A stretch of DNA of 64,000 bases from Candidatus Dormiibacterota bacterium (lineage in GTDB: Bacteria; Chloroflexota; Dormibacteria; Aeolococcales; Aeolococcaceae). A program made the position numbers and the translations under genes. The notes under the pieces were generated by a model, which ran no database searches, was not told the DNA's origin, and saw only the letters and a program-made list of their open reading frames with translations. Of this stretch, positions 61,482 to 64,000 are shown in pieces; position 1 is the stretch's first letter, and every line of letters starts with the position of its first letter. The stretch spans positions 2,528,001 to 2,592,000 of the forward strand of contig OY970355.1 in NCBI GenBank assembly GCA_963718525.1. The letters run 5' to 3'.

Positions 61482-62777
61482 ATGCAACCCAGAAACCGAA
61501 GCCACCGTCATGGGTTGATCGCCACTTTGCCCCTGGCCTTACTTCTAGCCGCCTGTGGGGCCGGCGCATCGCCGAGCTCCCCTTCCCGCTCCACCCCGAC
61601 ACCCACTCCGGCCCCGGCGCCCAGCGTGCCTGCGACCACTCCGACGCCCAGTCCCACCCCGTCGGCATCTGTCGTTGCAAGTCCACTCGCCGTGGTCGGA
61701 TCCGAAAACGCCGGTATCGGGCCTTACACGCTCGGATTGGTGAACGCCAAGGGGGAAGTGGTGGCCACCGTGACTGCCAACACCCCTTCCGATTACCACT
61801 CGGTAGGTGGTGATCCTGGCATTACCAGTACCTCGGACAGCCGCCTGTACTACGAAGACGGGAACACCAACATTGACTACCTGACCGCGACGGGCCAGCA
61901 CGGGGTCGCTTTCACTATCAGCAGACCGACCGGCGCAGAAGTGGCGTTTGCGGTCAGCCCTGACGACACCCGGGTCGCAGTGGCAGTGCTGACCAATTGG
62001 GAGGACGCAACCGGCAACGGAGGTGAACCGCCTTACAGCTCGCACATGTATCTAATGGCTATGGGTGGTGGAATTCAGCAGACTCTGTTTGACGGGACGG
62101 GCTCGAGTAGCACCGCTCCCTTGACCTGGCCGGTAGGTTGGGATGGAGACAACCTGGTGGTGGCCCAGACCCTTCCGGGCGACTTCACCGGCTATTACCC
62201 CGGGACCGGTCCCTGCGCCATGGGAACGGATTGCAGCTCCCAGTTGCGGGTTTTCAACCCAGCCACCAGAACCTTAGGGCCTCCCCTCTGCGCCGAGGAA
62301 GCCGGAGTGATAACCATCGGAAGTCCGACCGCAGCCGGGATAGCCTGCATGCCTATCGGCACAGCCGGCGACCCCGCCAAGAAACTGGAATCAGTTTCCT
62401 GGTCGGGGGTGATCACCTCCTTCGGTACCAACATTCCGGGAAGTTGCCTGTTATCGCCACACGGAGCCGTCATCGCTTGTCCTTCAGACCTTGTCGAGGA
62501 CGCAACCGGGCAGCACACCATTCGGGCCCAAGCCTTCCGCGCCAGCGGGGTGGTGCAGAGGATCCCCAATCCTCTCGACTTCCAACTCATCGGTTGGATC
62601 GACGGGAATGACGTCGTGGTCACCACGGGTGGCAGCATTGCCCTGGGTGGCGAATTTGGCGGGCTGGCGGTGGAAAACATCGTGACCGGCAAGCGGATTC
62701 CCGTTTCGCTTGCGACAAGTCCCAATCCCTACAGTGTCCGGTGGCAGTTCTTAGGGGCGATCCCGGGAGCGCTATGA
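61482..62777 (+). CDS. Lipoprotein, probable beta-propeller with Cys pairs
   Basis: GGAGG RBS; lipobox LAAC; PT/PS linker; AVSPDD.RVAV, PVGWDGD and LIGWID motifs; also in frame with the upstream ATG at 61299. Confidence 0.85.
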   Translation: MQPRNRSHRHGLIATLPLALLLAACGAGASPSSPSRSTPTPTPAPAPSVPATTPTPSPTPSASVVASPLAVVGSENAGIGPYTLGLVNAKGEVVATVTANTPSDYHSVGGDPGITSTSDSRLYYEDGNTNIDYLTATGQHGVAFTISRPTGAEVAFAVSPDDTRVAVAVLTNWEDATGNGGEPPYSSHMYLMAMGGGIQQTLFDGTGSSSTAPLTWPVGWDGDNLVVAQTLPGDFTGYYPGTGPCAMGTDCSSQLRVFNPATRTLGPPLCAEEAGVITIGSPTAAGIACMPIGTAGDPAKKLESVSWSGVITSFGTNIPGSCLLSPHGAVIACPSDLVEDATGQHTIRAQAFRASGVVQRIPNPLDFQLIGWIDGNDVVVTTGGSIALGGEFGGLAVENIVTGKRIPVSLATSPNPYSVRWQFLGAIPGAL

Positions 62778-62996
62778 CCACCAAGGGGTCTCACGGAGCC
62801 GTGCGATAGGAGGACTGCCGCGCTCTGCGGGGGCGAGCTGGGCCATGAGCTTGACCAACTCCGCCGTCGGTGAGCCCGTCTCGCGCAGGACGTCATCGAA
62901 AGCGGTCGCCGCAAGGAAACATGCGTCCCATGCGGCAGCGTCATCACGCTCCGCGGCCCGATCCTCAGTTCCGAACACAAACAGCGCGAAATCGGA

Positions 62997-63050
62997 GGGG
63001 AAACAAAAAGGGAGATACCCGGCAAGCATCCGGGACTTAGCGCCATGCTA
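62997..63050. repeat. Repeat block R1, copy B
   Basis: Homologous to 60890-60942. Confidence 0.88.
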
Positions 63051-63052
63051 GC

Positions 63053-63451
63053 GTGTCCTCGGATCTCACGCGCCATGAGCGAGCGAGTCCGAACTATCTG
63101 CTCAGTTTGGAGCTCAGGAGGCGAGCCTTGACTGAACCAGGGAACGTGTCCGAGCGATGGTATGACGCCAATGACATCGGCGGCCGAGCCGCCTTCTTCC
63201 GTGACCTCATAGCGATCTTTCGCAAGGACCACCCGCGCGAACCGCACTGGGAAAACCGTCAACGCCTCTGGCAGCTCATCGAGAAACACGGAGGAAGCCT
63301 GGACGGCCGCCCAACCTGGCTGCGCATCGTCTCCGAGATGATCGATAAGGATACGGTTGAGGTTAGGCAAACTCAGGAGGACGGCGCCTACAAACTCTTC
63401 AACTTCACAGCGGCGGAAACACGCGACCTGAGAGTCGGGCCGGCTCAGTAA
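63053..63451 (+). CDS. Hypothetical protein (132 aa)
   Basis: Globular-looking composition; a degenerate 5' paralog follows R1 copy A. Confidence 0.65.
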   Translation: MSSDLTRHERASPNYLLSLELRRRALTEPGNVSERWYDANDIGGRAAFFRDLIAIFRKDHPREPHWENRQRLWQLIEKHGGSLDGRPTWLRIVSEMIDKDTVEVRQTQEDGAYKLFNFTAAETRDLRVGPAQ

Positions 63452-63580
63452 CGCCGGGAAGGCAGCGCGAGAGCGGAGCTCGAGCACCGAACGTCTCCAG
63501 CGATGTGGCGATACGCGCGTCGTCACGCCGGCTGAGCTCGTCGATCACCGGTATGAGCACGTGCGACGCATTTGGTCGGA

Positions 63581-63643
63581 TGTAACCGTTCATGACGTGT
63601 TCCCGTTGAATGGGTGAAGGTCGACATGAAACTCACAACCATC
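63581..63643 (+). promoter_or_regulatory. Repeat block R2, copy B: ECF-type promoter, RBS and start
   Basis: TGTAACC-16 nt-CGTTGAA, GAAGG, ATG at 63626. Confidence 0.78.
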
Positions 63644-64000
63644 ATCAGCGCTGCGATCGCCGCCGCTGGCCTCGCCGCCTGTGGGTCGACAGCCACGCCG
63701 ACTGCGCGGCCAACCGTCACCCCGACAGTAGCGCCGACGACCGCCCCGACTGCTACACCTACTCCGGCGCCATCGCCCGTCCCGACACCTACACCTAAGC
63801 CTCAGCTAAGCGTCTACGTGACGACTACGTGTGGTGTGGCTGGCACGGCTCAGGGTGGAAGCGTCACGTTTCATGGAGTGAAGCCCGGAGAGTGGATGGG
63901 CTGGGGTTCTGATCCCGAAATCATGAAGTTCCCCACCGTTACATATGGGCCAGTGACCGTTGGACGTTGGTCGTGGAGTGTTTGGGATGATTCGAAGGTC
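63626..64000 (+). CDS. Lipoprotein, N-terminal part (runs off window end; absent from the ORF track)
   Basis: Translated by hand: MKLTTIISAAIAAAGLAACGSTATPTARPTVTPT...; lipobox LAAC, PT linker, open to the window end. Confidence 0.88.
   Translation, partial: MKLTTIISAAIAAAGLAACGSTATPTARPTVTPTVAPTTAPTATPTPAPSPVPTPTPKPQLSVYVTTTCGVAGTAQGGSVTFHGVKPGEWMGWGSDPEIMKFPTVTYGPVTVGRWSWSVWDDSKV

Noticed and set aside
62772-63029. 85-aa minus-strand ORF starting within repeat R1
   Set aside because: No clear RBS, and the equivalent frame in copy A closes after 28 codons. Cannot be distinguished from chance.

Overview
High-GC bacterial chromosome window. The gene order is monoderm 'Terrabacteria'-type; a Chloroflexota/Ca. 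Dormibacterota-like organism is an inference only. About 1-47 kb is a mostly minus-strand housekeeping backbone: cdsA-uppS-frr-pyrH-tsf-rpsB, hslU-hslV-topA-dprA-comM, yraN-rplS-trmD-rimM-khpA-rpsP-ffh-ylxM, a TetR/MFS pair with two matching operators, ftsY-smc-rnc-acpP-fabG-fabD-rpmF, coaD-rsmD-recG-DegV-DAK2-Asp23/rpmB, a 2074-aa secreted IPT/TIG repeat protein, and rlmN-ribD-ribE-ribBA-ribH plus a BtuF-like gene, then folE. About 47-64 kb is accessory. tRNA-Leu(GAG) at 54100-54186 has its 3' end repeated at 51902 and 49136. These repeats carry shared arm-like motifs and delimit a tandem stack of small decayed integrative islets with integrase relics and intact secreted-protein cargo. Beyond the tRNA are an ECF sigma/anti-sigma pair, PAS-LuxR and XRE-MEDS regulators, and a twice-repeated module of conserved non-coding blocks plus an ECF-type promoter in front of unrelated lipoproteins. 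All calls come from reading the sequence by eye; no database searches were run.
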